Shown here: positions 14,501 to 28,800 of the stretch, in pieces
Numbering within the stretch: position 1 is the first letter of the stretch
Layout: each line of letters opens with the position of its first letter
From: Trichoplax adhaerens
Taxonomy: Eukaryota > Animalia > Placozoa
Length of the DNA: 64,000 bases
Direction of reading: 5' to 3'
NCBI RefSeq assembly: GCF_000150275.1
Contig: NW_002060944.1
Coordinates: 5,617,102-5,681,101, forward strand
Program-made: the position numbers and the translations under genes
Notes under the pieces: model-generated
What the model was told of the DNA's origin: nothing
Seen by the model: only the letters and a program-made list of their open reading frames with translations
The model's database searches: none

Positions 14501-17500
14501 GAACTACTGGCTTAACCAACCAAACTATTAATTAATGAGATAACTGACGATTATCCTAGACTTTACACGTCTTTTTCTATCTTCAACTGCACTAAACTAA
14601 TGAACTACGCCAACTTCCATATGCTAGGCAGAGCAGTTGGTTGTATTGCACTATCCAGCTATCATTCTAAAGTATTCCAAATTAAACTAGCAATCAAACA
14701 CATACAATGAAGATAAATTGTGCCCTAGATTCCCGAAATTACTAAATTAATATAATCGTAGTTTAGTATAAAATTGTACATTTCTATAGTTTCTTTAAGA
14801 CAGAGAAACAATCTTACATTGGATCCAAGATCGGATATTCGGCTTCATACAGTATGAAATCATAAAATGACATAAACATCTACTGTAATTAATGATCAAA
14901 ATTAGCTGCATATATTTTCTATTACAATCTTTGAATTGCAACCTCACAATATCTCATTTTTAACAAGAATTTAAGCTAATGATTATCTTAAATTCTAACC
15001 CGAATAAAGCAGTCGGGTTATAATATACTAAGATACTAAGTAAAATCTACTGTTATAATGAGCCAAGTCATATTTTTTAAGCTAGAATACTTATTACGAT
15101 ATAAAAACTTGTCTAGCATAAATACAATACAAAAACTTGAAGGAGAATTCTAAAAATTGACCTTCATTACAGTACTCTATAATTTATTCTTCATCATATA
15201 TGTACAATATCGATTTCTACATTGATAATATATATGTATAGTATCATATTACAACAAAATAACGGCAGGAGTAGTAGTAAGTACAGTAGAAGGCTAATAT
15301 AAGCGTGAAAACGCTTTTATTTAGCTGAAGAGTGTGGTGTGGATGTGTGGCAAGTTAGCAAGATCATTCAACAGAAGAGAAAATAATATCAGAAATATAG
15401 CATACCAGCAATTTTGATTAACACTTTCACTCCAAATCTTATTTAATATTATAGTTCATATTTACTGTTCCTATTGATAGTGTAGGAGTAATTTTAAATA
15501 TGACCATAGAATTAATGCTATTCCATGAACTTTAAAATAAAAAGCACCATTACTTGAGACTATACTGGCAATAGTCGTTTCTGTCACTGTGAATTCATAC
15601 AAATTGTAATACTTTGCTGGCCAAGAATGAAGTATCTTTATTTTTCAATTTAGAAAAACGGATTAACTCCTTTGCATACAGCAGCCATTATTGGCGAAGA
15701 CGCTATATGTCAGATTCTTTTACAGAAAAAGCCTGCTGTTGATGCGCAGGATAATTACGATCGTACGCCATTACATTATGCTGCATCATTAAATCATTTG
15801 AAGATCGTTGACATGCTTCTTAGTGCTGTGAGTATTGTTCATTTATTACGATATTACATTCTCGTACATACATGTAGTGTAGAATGAAGAAATGATTTAC
15901 ATTACAGTTAACAGATAGATGAGTTATAAATATCGAAAATTGCCGAACCTAAGGTGTAAAGGTTACAAATGAAAATGCAATTTTCATTTAATGTAATTAT
16001 CCAAATTATCGTGATCTCTATATTAAATAATGAATTGGTAAGTTTTTTACTCACTTTTTGTCGTAATAATCGAAACTTCACTTTCCTGTAAACTACATTT
16101 ATACGCTCATATGTCTCAGCTACTCTTCAAATCTAGGTTAAAATAAGGCTATAATGTGGAATTTTCTACAGAGATACTAAAATTCTGTTTGGACATAAAT
16201 AATATTTACGTTATCATTAATCGCTGTATATTATCAAAATTTTCTATAGGCAACTTATTACAGTGCAAGTTAATATGTAGTATTTCTTTATATCATTACT
16301 TTGATATTTTTCCTTAGACTTGATTGCTATCATAATGCCATTCTACATATGAAAGTTTTTTTCGAAATGCTAGTACATCAACACCACGTCAGTATCGTAA
16401 TAATATTCTACTATAGAGATGTCAATGCTTATTAATTTTTAAGAAAGAAATCTGTACACATATTCATTCGGCGATTATGTCACACAGTAAAATTATGAAA
16501 TCTCTGCATTCATTGCCAATTATTGTATGAAAATAAGTATTGATAAATCGATATTCAAAGTTACATGGGATTTTTATGCCTTAATAGGGTGCGAACATCG
16601 ATGGGAGAGATTACAATCAATTAACACCTTTCCTATGTGCTGTTATTCTTAATCATTTTTCAACAGTCCAATTACTGATCGACCACAATTGTCAAGTTGA
16701 CGTCGTTGATAAGTCAGGCAAAAATTGCTATCATCTTGCCGTTATGTACGACCAAGATTTAAGTTTATTGAAATATATTCTAAGGGTAAATTTCATTATA
16801 ATTTAGGTGCTTACAAAATTATCTAAAAGTAAAATTGTATTAAAAGCTGATCAACTATTTTACTAGAATGTAGATCGTTCACTTATTAATGCTGTAGATG
16901 AGTATGAAAGAACAGCGACATTTTATGCTTGTAAAGCAGGAAAGACTAAGGTTATCTGTTCATTTCTAGTAATTAATTAAATAGCATCGAAATAATACAT
17001 CAAATCTTAATTCACATTTCGAATAAATGAATTAAAGCTATAAATAAATCACTGATAATGCATGCTTACGAGTTTATTCCAATAGAGTCAATCATTCATC
17101 AAGCAAAATGTTATAATTTTAATTCTAATTTAGAATTAGCTACTATTACATATTTAACTTTTATATTTTATTTTATTTTTGAGTTAGGTCTTGCAGTTAT
17201 TATTAGACTATGATCTAGATTTAAATGTCATTGATGAAGATGGCAATAACTGCTTACATTTTGCTTGCAAGTAAGTCCTATATCAAAGGAAACGGGATTG
17301 CACTTTTATTAAAATCATGTGGCTCATTTTAAATATATCACCTAGCAATAACTAATTATTTGAAAATATAGTCCATCTGTAATATAAACATTTTAACGAG
17401 TTATATATTTTATCTTACGAAGTAATTTGATTTGTGTTCTTAGTTTTGATCTCTAGATATTAAGTCATAACTATATGGTTAAGTCCGTAGCACAAACACT

Positions 17501-20500
17501 GAGCCAGGGATATATTTTATCATATGAAGTAATTTAAATAAAAAAATTGCAGTTGTGATCTCCAGATGTTAATTCAGCACTCGTTGTTTGTTAAAACTAC
17601 TCTTGTGAAAAAGTGTAGATAATATACTACCTACGGTAACTTACATCTTCAAAGTGATTAAATCCAGCTCCGAGTGTACATCGGATAGCACAACACGTAG
17701 CATACTTTTCATTGGTAGTTTTAAATATACATTAACAACACGGTCCAGCTATTCAATAAGGTGTCTAAATTAGCGACTAAACTTAGATACAACCCCACCT
17801 CAGCTACGTGTTCTTTTGAGCTCTTTATGTTCATACTACTAGATAAACAATGTCGCACTTTGATATTATAGTTACTAAGTTCAAAACAAGAAATGCTATG
17901 TTAAACTATAACCGCAAAGCCTGCATATATATTTCCAGTAACTAATCAAAAACTTTCAGAAGACGTTCATAATCGAAATACTGAATTTTTTGTCACTATA
18001 ATATCAAAATTCGAAAAGCACTTATGGCATTATTTATGTACACTACTTCAACCGTATCTATATGCAAGGGATTACTGCAATATTTAATGACTACCATATC
18101 ATAATATTTTTGTCTAGGGAAGAGTGTGTTGACACACTGAAGATTCTACTTCAGCATTCACCTCAATTACTATGCAGTGAGGGAGAAAATTGTAGTAGTC
18201 CATTACATATCGCCGTTGCCTATGGTTGCATCGATAATGCTGAATTTTTATTAGCACAAGGAGCTGATATCAATCGGAGGTGATTGATAACTTTTAGATA
18301 TCAATAAGAAAATTAACCAATTTTTATACCGTTATTTATGTAACAGTAAAAGAATAATAGTTTCTTGCTGATTTATGCGCAACGTTAGAGATTGCTGCTA
18401 TGAAGCACCATTAGATATTGCTTGCATAAAAGGCAATACTCAAGTCATTCAGATACTGATCGGTTACGGAGTTGCAGTTAATTCTATCAATCGATTGGAG
18501 GTAGCATATAAATTACGGATGTAATATTAAATTAACATTAACATACTTTGGCCTAGAAACTCTACTTCTTATGCGCTACATATTCCATAATTCTTGCTCT
18601 CTTACTTTTAAAAAGCTTCTAAATATTATCATGTAGGAAACAGCGCTTCATATAGCCGCTCATCATGGCCAAGCCGAGATAGTTAAATTACTAATGGATC
18701 ATGGAGCTGATGCCAAGATTGAAAACTGCTGTGGTAAAAATTGTTTGGAGGTAGCCATTGAAAATGGTCAAGTCGATGTAGCTATCGAAATTGCAATAAG
18801 GCCTTGGTAAAAAATAGAGCTGTAAAAGTAACTCTAAAATTCTAAACTCGTAGCGTAGTTATTTGCGAAGTTTTCCGATATTCGAAGTAGATTTTGTACG
18901 GTCTAAATTCAAACGATAATCAAATCGACTTCTGTTAAGTGTAATAGTTCTACTCAATATTACTGGAAGTTACTTCTACAAGTTCATAATATTTCTTTAT
19001 ATTAGATTACACTGAATGCTGTAATAAGTGGAAAATTTAGCTTACATACTAATTATTTCCGCTATATTTGAGCGTGGGTATGGCAAATTTTGTTAGTTAT
19101 TCATTATAAATTCCAAGCTACTTTAACATGAATACGTGAAAATCTGCAGTTAAAATACACATATAATCCATAGAAGACTATAATCATAGACTAAAATAAG
19201 ATATCATATTTATTATCACCTCCTAATTAGATTATCAGCATTAAAGCAGAAAAACCTAGCTCAGAGACTACGCTAATCATTTCCTTAACACAACTACTTA
19301 CACAGATGCTAAAATATTTATTATATATTCTTGAATATTGATTTATTTATAGTAATCATGATATGCTATTTAAAGTTGGAGATGATGGATCCACGATAAT
19401 GCAATCCATTGTAAAATGGAATTCTAAAGTTGCTTCGGTTAGTATTATTTATTTACCGTTACAAACATTCAGCATAGTTAAGAGCTAAAATGTGATTACT
19501 TTATTTGGTCATGGAGCTGAACCTAGCGAGCTTAATAACTTCTATTGCAGAAGAAGAAATATTTCTTTTATCAACACATTATAACAAATTCAAGAAATCT
19601 AGATTTATGATCGCTAATCATCTATAATTCCTTTTGTAAAGGCAATTATGGATACATATATAACGAAAACTCCACTAACAGAGAATCATAATTCAAATAT
19701 GGTTATGGTAAATTTTTTATAGCCGTAATAGAAAAAATTAGTACGATACCGTAAATATCCAAAAAGTGAGAAGTAAGAATCAGCATTGCAATAATTCTAA
19801 AATTTGAATAGTGCTCAATACAATATCTGTTAGAGTTATTATACTCACACATGTCCATTATAAAGATATTAAATATGATCACTTAAGTATAACATTGTGA
19901 TAAGAAATTTAAAATTGCTATTATTACTACAGGTAGAGTACGATTTCTCAATACTAGATCCAGGTATTGAGTTTGAAAAAAATCACAACCCTGCAGATGG
20001 AATCGGTAGTTTCAATGCTATAAAGGTAAAAAATTAGAGTATTGGAGTTTTTATGTTATAATTAGTTGCTGTCTTCTGTTGAATCTATATAGAAGTGATT
20101 AGATATAAATGTTAGCGTCCATATCTTATTATAAACAACGCGAAATGAAATTTAATATTTTAATTATGATTTAAATTTGTTTATTATAATAATAGATCAC
20201 TGATATACAGCTTGAATACAAGTGTAATACGTTATATGTTATTCTACTTTCTATTTCATTAGACAATTGCATCATCAGATAATATTAGCCTACTTGAACA
20301 TCCATTGTCTGTCAAATTATTAGATACAAAATGGTAAGATGATATTACTATAAATTAATTTAATGATTCCCTAAATTATCTGCTGCTCAATCCGTGCCCA
20401 TCAGATTAATTCCCGTACTTGTATCATCATCAGGTTAGAGTGCGGCCGCTACATCTACTCCGCTAACTTAGCTGTCTATACAATTTATGTTACGATCCTG

Positions 20501-23185
20501 GTCTTTTACATCCTTCAAATAGAAAGACTGAACCAAAGTACCGCACACAAGATTATATTCTTGGGATTTACAAGTATTTCATCAACTCAAACAACAACTA
20601 CTACAGCTTCTTCCTCCTGTAACTTTAGTCACACTGCCAACCAGCAACATAAAGTAAATTATGCGTTATTTTGAATTTTAATAGCTATAATATATTTAAT
20701 CTTATAGCAAATGCCTTTAAATATTATTAAATATATTGTACCTAAAGATACATCTAGTTTCAATCCTATCGAATCTTATTATGATGCAACGAATTGAAAT
20801 ACTCTTTATTTTTCAATGTATCCAGAACGGATTAGTATTTCACAAAGATATCCATTCACTAGTTGTATGGAAAGTCGTTATCTATATCTTCGCTATAATC
20901 AATATTTGCCGAGAGCTTTATCAACTATATCATGAGGTAATTTGCTAAGAATGGTTTTACCGTTTTGATAGCTTTAAGGGTTGTGACTGTATTGCCTTAA
21001 GCCGCTTATTTGATTGCTAGATATTAATTTGTCGATCTTATACTGATTTGCAATTACACCGTAACTAACGACCAAGAACGTTATAACTATTTTAATACTA
21101 TATTTTTTATTAGAGAATTCGATATCTTTTGTCATTTGAAAACTATCTGGAGTTATTTTTACACAGCGCCATTTTAGCATTTGTAGCTAATCCCGACTAC
21201 TCATTTAATACAATCTCTTGGGCTTTGGAAAGTTTAGTTATTCAAATATCATTTATAGATTTAATTTTGTTCTTAAGAAAGTAAGCCAGCTGACAAAACA
21301 AATTATTTTCGTACAAATCATTCAAAATAATCATTTTTACTGGAATAGAACGAATAATTGTTATACATTAATATTACCCCCTGACTCATTCATTAGGTTA
21401 CCAATTATAGGAAAATATGTGTTGATGATGCACCAAATGATTTGGACAGCAGCGAAGGTTTTCATTGATAAATAAAACGAATGAATATGATGGATTATCA
21501 ATCTATGTATAGTGCTCGTATACAGTCTGTGGCCTAATTAAAACCATATTATTCATTTAAAGGCCACAAACGCCTAATCTTATATTATAAACTGTACAAA
21601 TTGTATTCTTTCTTGGATATTCCTATATAATAGGTCATGGTAATCATTATCTTCCTGCTATTCGGATTTGCGATAAGTTTTTATACGCTCTGCTATCGCC
21701 AGGTCGGAAAATTAAAGATTTACGCTTAACTGACAAAAATAATAATTTTACTTATAGCCATTAGCTGATAATCAAATATTAAATAAAGATAAAAACATAA
21801 TTCAGCTTGCCCTTACTACCCAACAGTTATCATTGTAAGACTTGCAAACATTAAGAATTTTAAAACATTGAAAGATTGAACAGTTGCTATAGAATATCTA
21901 TTTATCAATATGCAATGATGCAGTATTATGAATATTATTAAAATGTTTTATTTATGTGTATTAAAATTTTAGATGTCTTTCTATTCCATGTCCCTATCAT
22001 TTGTCAAAGTAATTGACATGCTGGTCGGAGAACTGAACTATAGTAGTCTTTTGGAAGCCATTCGTAAAGGCAGCATCGCTTATCCTGATGCATATATGCT
22101 GCTTTTTCTAATAATTATCTTCATTTTCTTCATACCGATCATCATGATGAATCTACTGGTAACTTTTATGTAGCCTAGTTAAAATTGTAAAATAACGTTA
22201 CTATAGCCTAGTAAATACATATATTCTATCTAAATATTTTACATAACATTACTTGAGCAGTTATTATAGAACAAACATTGCACTTATGAAATATAGTGAT
22301 AGGATCTTCATCCATTCATCACTGTTATACCGTCTTTATTCCACTCTATCAGCCATTACTCACATTAAAAAAATTTATGTTCATAGAATAAACGTGGAAT
22401 ATTTTCGTTAGTTTGAACTGAATAAATTAACGATTATTAGTCAGTTTTAGCTACCTATTACTATTAGCTAAATACAAACTAGCTAACGGATATTCTTATC
22501 AAATTCACTATGTAGTCGCTTATTGAAATAGATCAAATAATGATTACTCTCTAATTGGATAACATAGATCGGCTTAGCCGTTGGCGATATAACTGAAATG
22601 GAAAAGGAAGCTAGTTTGCGGCGACTAGCTGATTTAGCTGATTTCTTTTATAATATTGATAGAGCTTTAATACCTCGCTTTCGTCACTATTATGCTATTA
22701 ATAAGATCAAGTGCAAAGAATTTGGCAATATTGTAAGTCATAATCATTCATATATTTAGCAGTAATTATGATCACTCAAAACAGTATATCATGATTGCTA
22801 AATTCTAGTGGTAGTCATAGGTTAGAATGTTTGAGATAGCAAATTACTGAAGATTTATCATCATCTTAAAAAATAATTATTCGGATGCTTGATAATGATC
22901 TCATTAACGCTAGAATATGCTTAGAAATGGCGCAAAAGAGCAAAAACAGGCTAAAATTATCAGTGATACAAAAGTAAATTCTGGGATGCAGACACAGTCT
23001 TTACGGTAATATTTCTCATGATACTTCTGGTTGATAATTTCAAGTAATATTTATTCAATCTTGCTATATTTTGTACAAACTTTTTATATTTTAGGCTTGA
23101 TGCATTGCAAGATAGATTGAGGCTTATGCAGTATAGTCTTGAGAAGGCTTTACATCAATCGCCAAATGAGTCTCCTTCGAAATAG
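11529..23185 (+). CDS. TRPA1-like: TRPA1-like channel, paralog 2 (~26 coding exons, ~1080 aa, 16 ankyrin repeats)
   Basis: First exon 11529-11618 (MEPYSKNSGMLRSTS...). 16 ankyrin motifs run from SLLHYAAKND to NCLEVAIENG, followed by LLEHPLSVKLLDTKW, filter DMLVGELNY (exon from 21973) and IGLAVGDITEMEK (exon from 22568). Ends NESPSK-TAG at 23185. All exons splice in frame. The start codon is the best guess. Confidence 0.93.
12370..12990. repeat. Degenerate intronic tandem repeat, ~6 units of roughly 80-150 bp
   Basis: Recurring core ttaattagtga.cgtttcaattttgaagctttcca...gagtatttac near 12371, 12487, 12588, 12740, 12831 and 12901. Absent from the matching intron of paralog 3. Confidence 0.75.
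17400..17577. repeat. Degenerate ~108-bp duplication in an intron of paralog 2
   Basis: tatattttatc.ta.gaagtaattt...agtt.tgatctc.agat.ttaa.tca occurs at ~17404 and ~17511. Confidence 0.5.
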
Positions 23186-25879
23186 CCGGTTTAAAGTTCG
23201 TAAAATCAATCATAGATCTCATTTAACTTGAAATTCATGGAATAAATCCTGTTCTTAGCTCAGGATCGAAATTAATCAGATACAGTAGATCGGATTTCAT
23301 TTGTCCTGAGCATAAGTTATTATCTTTCTCGAGCGAAATTTTGATTTCTAATAATTCATCAAATAAGAAGCAAACAATTATCTAGAAATAAACTAAATAC
23401 ATATTGTTTCGTTATGGTAATCATCATAATTCATGTGCACTATAACAATATTACGATCAGGATAATAACTCCTTGTAAAACAGGTAATTATCTAATTTAA
23501 TGCTATAAGAGATTTGCTTTTAAAATATTTCAATAATAATAATTAATTAACCCTAGCCAGATACAAAGACACCTTTGACATGATTTATGCACGACAGTAA
23601 TATATTGTTATGATAAAATTTCAATTAGTAGACAATTTGATGCAAATATTTATTTACCGCAATTATGTCCTGATTAGTAAAAATTTCATAAATAGTTAAA
23701 TTACTTCCGGTTGCAACAAGCGTTAATGTAAAATGTTAAAAAGTTAAACCTGATTTCATCATATCTACTTGTAATAAAGTGACTTCAAAATATTAAAGTG
23801 AGACTTAATACTTCTTGTAAAGCTTCAATTTTTGATTAGACTATTACGAACTGCAAAGACGATTGATTTAATTTCTAAACTGACCTTGAATATTTGATCC
23901 ATGCAGCAACCTTTCATAAGCTGTTTGAATAATTCATAAACTGATCATGGCAGCCAGAATATTGCAACCGAATGTCAATTTATAAACTGACTGGCAAGTT
24001 ATAAATTAAATACTGTCACGAAGCGATTTTTTCTTTAAAATGCTTATCTTATTTGCGTCAGATAACATACCTTTATCTATGGATAAATGCATAGTTTTAT
24101 AATATTGCCTACAAACTGATAACCAATGTTTCTGTAGGTTCAGTATAAATTGAATGAATTTCAATAAAGTTTGGGTTCATTTTGTCTAGAGAGAGACTAG
24201 AAGAGTTACCGTTTCTCCTAACGATAGGAGATCGTCCGGGAAGACATACCTGACAATAGACTCGTACAGTGTATAATTTCTCTATGATAATTCTATATTT
24301 CATCGCTACAAATTTCGATTTGCAATAGTTATAAACTATAATTGTCATCTAAATTAATATCGCCTAGTAAAGAATTCGTAATAGTACTTTAATAACATTG
24401 CAAAATATCGCAAATATCACGCAAGTAGCAAACACTGCCATCATTACACATGGTACGTTGATACTCTTCAGTAATTTAGTAACGTATAAAACTGCTAAAA
24501 CTAGATATTATTGAAGTTTACAACCGATGATTTTATCTTTTTCACACATTAGATCAAAACAGTTAGTTATGCGTATCGGAGTTCGCTAGTATCGCTAGTT
24601 TAATTAGAAGAATCAAGAAATTGAGTTCGCTAGCAATCACCTACTAAAATGAAAGTAGGATTGTAACTTTCGATCTTAGCCCAAATTTTATCTAAATAAT
24701 AAAATTGCATCACATATTTTTATTTAAGATGTATACTACCAAGGTTGGGTCATTATATGAATTTCACAGGGTAGAGATTCTATTTCAGCTCCCAATTTAA
24801 CAAACATGTTTATTCTATTTTAAGCTTCTTTCACTCGATCAGCAAATAATAATGCATTGTAAAGGCTGAGTCAAGATTTTTTAAAGATAATCAAATTAGT
24901 AGAAAGGGCGGTATTAATAAAATGAAGAACATTCCGTACAAATTTTCATGTCGGAATTTTAACCAAACTTGACACAACAATGCTGGTTGATCAACTAGTG
25001 TCAAAACAATTGTCATGTTCTCGTTATTTCAACTATGATGACAGTTTAAAGACAATACCAACTGATTAACCGTCGCCAAAACAATTAACGTATTCGTGTT
25101 ATTTTAAATGTAATGACAGTTTTAAGCTATTTATTGTTGTAGCTAAATAGGATCAATAATTATATTGATTAAAGCAATTATACTATAATCTTTTATTGAC
25201 CGCCGATTATGACTGTTGGTTTAGTCAATAATTTTCAATTTCGGAGTACATAAGAAGGAAGTTGTAAAATGCTTTTACTGTTTTCCTTCAATTATATTGA
25301 AATGATATAAACTGCAAAGTTTTAGTAATACTGCAATAAAGCATAGATTATAATTATCATTATATGTCATGAATCATTGTAAATGGTAAATGAGCATATG
25401 ATGTAGTTTAGAGGCGTAAGTTCTTGCTCGCATTTCATATCCCACTCAAAGATACTTCTGCCTTGCTGTCCCTATTAGTTTCGTATAGGAACATACAGTA
25501 TTTAGATAAACCAACCTAATTTCAAAAGAGAAGATTATCACGATGATCTAGAAATATACGCAGAATACAAAAGCCTCTTCATATTTATCAATAAAAGCCT
25601 TGTTTTAATTATTTGATAATGGTACAGTAGTAAACAAGACCATACTGCCATTATTAACAACATTTTCGTTGCCACCTCCCACGGAATTATGCGATAACTA
25701 TAATTCTTACCGCTTATGAACAGAAAAGAATTGATACGAGATTAATATGACGCTATTCCAATATCCATTCTATTAAAGTTAATACCTTACCTATTATTAC
25801 CATTTTGCAGATAGTAAAAGATTTATATATCATCCTGACACCAAAAAGAGGAATTTATTCCACGCCTAAAAATTCAAGA

Positions 25880-28800
25880 ATGCTGCGATCTACATCATTA
25901 CTAAATAATACTAAAGCTCCTTCGTCTTATTATACTCCACATGTAAGTTTTTACTGTAAAAGTATCCATTGATATAACCTATCGAACTTTTATTTGCAAA
26001 TTATACAATTATACACGCATAAAGTCAATTTAGCCTATTAACTATCCTGCAAAGTACAACTAAGATTATGTTACAAAAAGTGAAGATTTGATATATAGTA
26101 AACCATTGTCACGCATTTTATGTGGATTACAATCACTTTAGATACCTACAATTAACGATCAACCATTCTTACGACATGGAATACCTGAGCAAGTAGTCCC
26201 ACATCTGATGAATCAGCTAAGTTTAGATGAATTATCTCCTCTTCATTGTGCAGCTAAAAATGATGATGTAGAGATAATAGAATCTTTAATTGAACGTGAA
26301 GCCAGTAAGTTAACCTATTGGATAGTACGTTAATTTCAATATTGGAGTATGTGTCTTCAAGTAATCTTTGTTTTTACTTACTAAACTTGAAAATCCAAAT
26401 TATCAACTTAACTAATTCATTTTATTGAATTGATTTTTTAGATGTTAACATGCCTGGCTTAGATAATATGACACCATTGCATTTGGCTGCCAGACACAAT
26501 AAATTGTTAGCTGTTCAAGCGCTTCTCTCTCATGATGCTAATGCTCAAGCTCAAGACGTCAATTTGAACACTCCACTGCATTATGCTGCTAGAGCCGGTC
26601 ATCTAGAAATATGCGAGGCAAGTTAATCTAGTTAATGGTCAAAGCAATAGGAGAATTCTACTTTAGTCTCTGGATGGTTACATGTTAAGAACTGATTGCA
26701 ATTTACTATGGTTATTAATATGTGCCTAACTAATTTCAATCTCAACAGCTACGTATTTTACAACAGTCATTGTATCTAAACTGCAGCGTTAATTCTAAAT
26801 ATCTGATGATAGTGCTATCACTTTTAAGATCATTTGATCAATTTTATATTAATATGCAATAAAATTTTCAAAGCATTCGTCACGTAGCATCTTTTAAAAT
26901 ATTTCGATTAACATTGCAATTTAACCTTATCGGTCATAGACGATAATACAAGAGAATCTAACAGTTTTAAATTTTCACACCAAATTAAAAATAGATCTAT
27001 GGAGCATTCCTGAATATTTAGTTCGAAAATTTTGTCATAGTATTATAATTAGCCACTACGCAATAATCTACATAGTTCGTAAACGAGAAAATTTTTTACG
27101 GAAATATTAATTTTGCAGTATGTTTCACAGGCGTTAATCAATAGACGACCATTTATGATAGATGAGCAAAATAAAGATAAACTAACACCATTGCTTTTGG
27201 CCTGCAATTACGACAAAGATTCCATTTTCAAGTATTTAGTAAGTTGACCATTTAAAGTAACAACGTACTGGCCGGCATCGATTTCATCCACAAGCAGGAG
27301 GATTAATACATCTATTGCAATCGAAATATTTCGATGCCCGTTTTCCCAATTTTATTTTTATTTCACAGGTCGATAGAGGTGCTGATATCATGGTAAAAGC
27401 TGCAGATGGCAGTTTACCAATTCACATTGCAGCTAGTAAAGGCAAAACAGAATTAATGGAATACCTATTAACTAACGGAGAGGACAGATTTATCAAGCGT
27501 AAAGAACAAATCTCTAATTGTAATTATAGCGGAGCGTCAGTACTACATCGGGCAGTTGAAAGTGGTCAAGAGAAGGTACATCCATCACCCTGAATTTAAC
27601 CATATAATGGAGTACATTTTAATATGTATTGATATACTCGAAAGCATTAACAGTAAATTAACGTTGTAGGAAAAATTAGACTAAAAATAACCCTCCAATT
27701 TCATACCCTAAATTCCATACTAAAATTGATAGCTGTAATAATATCTTCTTTAAGTAGCGTTAAGTATTTTAAGGTAGACGATGATAGAAGGTATAAAGGA
27801 TTTTATTGAGATACAAGTTATAGGCTAACAATGATATGGTTGTTATAGATAAGGTATTTGAGATAGCAGGAACGTAGGAACTGACTAGCGAGTTAGCGTA
27901 CAAGGGTATTTATAGGTTTTAGATGAGATTGAGATAATGTCTTTATATGTATAGCATGTCGTCTGTACGTCGTCATGATGTCGTACATTATGAATGTAAT
28001 ACAATGCAGTACTTAAACGGTATGGGATAAGTATTCGTATATTAAGATATTACTATACTAGGCATCTTCTATATGAGATCATAATGTTACAATAGCTAAC
28101 AAATAATTCTTATCTAATTTATTTAGGCTACGATACTCTGCTTAGATATCAATCCTGATATTTCTGTTAGAGATGTAGGTATTGGCTGTCTGATAATGTA
28201 GCTTAATGCAAAATGTTAAATAGTTATCAAATGAAGTTCAACGTTATCTATAAATGTTATGATGTACATGCAATTCTTCACGTTCTCTTAAATAAACCAT
28301 CAAGTATTTTAAAATAAAGATATCGCTATCGAGATTAATTTCGTGATTAATGTTTCTATTGTGATAAGGTCTCATTTATCTAATTTTTGCGTAAAAACTG
28401 TTATTATTGTATATATTAGACAAATGGACTAACCCCGTTACATGCTGCAGCCATCAGTGGTGAAGATTCTATATGCAAAATTCTATTAGAGAGAAAGCCT
28501 ACCGTTGATATGCGAGATAATCATGATCGTACGCCATTATTTTATGCTGCATCGTTAAATCATTTGAGCATCATTGAAACCCTCATCGATGCTGTAAGTC
28601 TAATTCTTTTCATGAATATTATGATATTTGTAAAACAGAAACATATTGCAGTCAATAGCTAGGCTGAATTATAGATAATATAAAGAAGTTTGACCTAAGA
28701 CGTTTGAGGTACATAGCACAATCCTCATTTAGCATCGATATTGAAGAAATTATACCAATTATTAATTAATTAATAGCTCAATGAATTCATTCATGAACTA

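Noticed and set aside
21114-21280. Apparent premature stop in the paralog 2 S3-S4 exon
   Set aside because: Careful re-reading gives TGG GCT TTG GAA AGT TTA; the frame is open, so this is not a pseudogene lesion.
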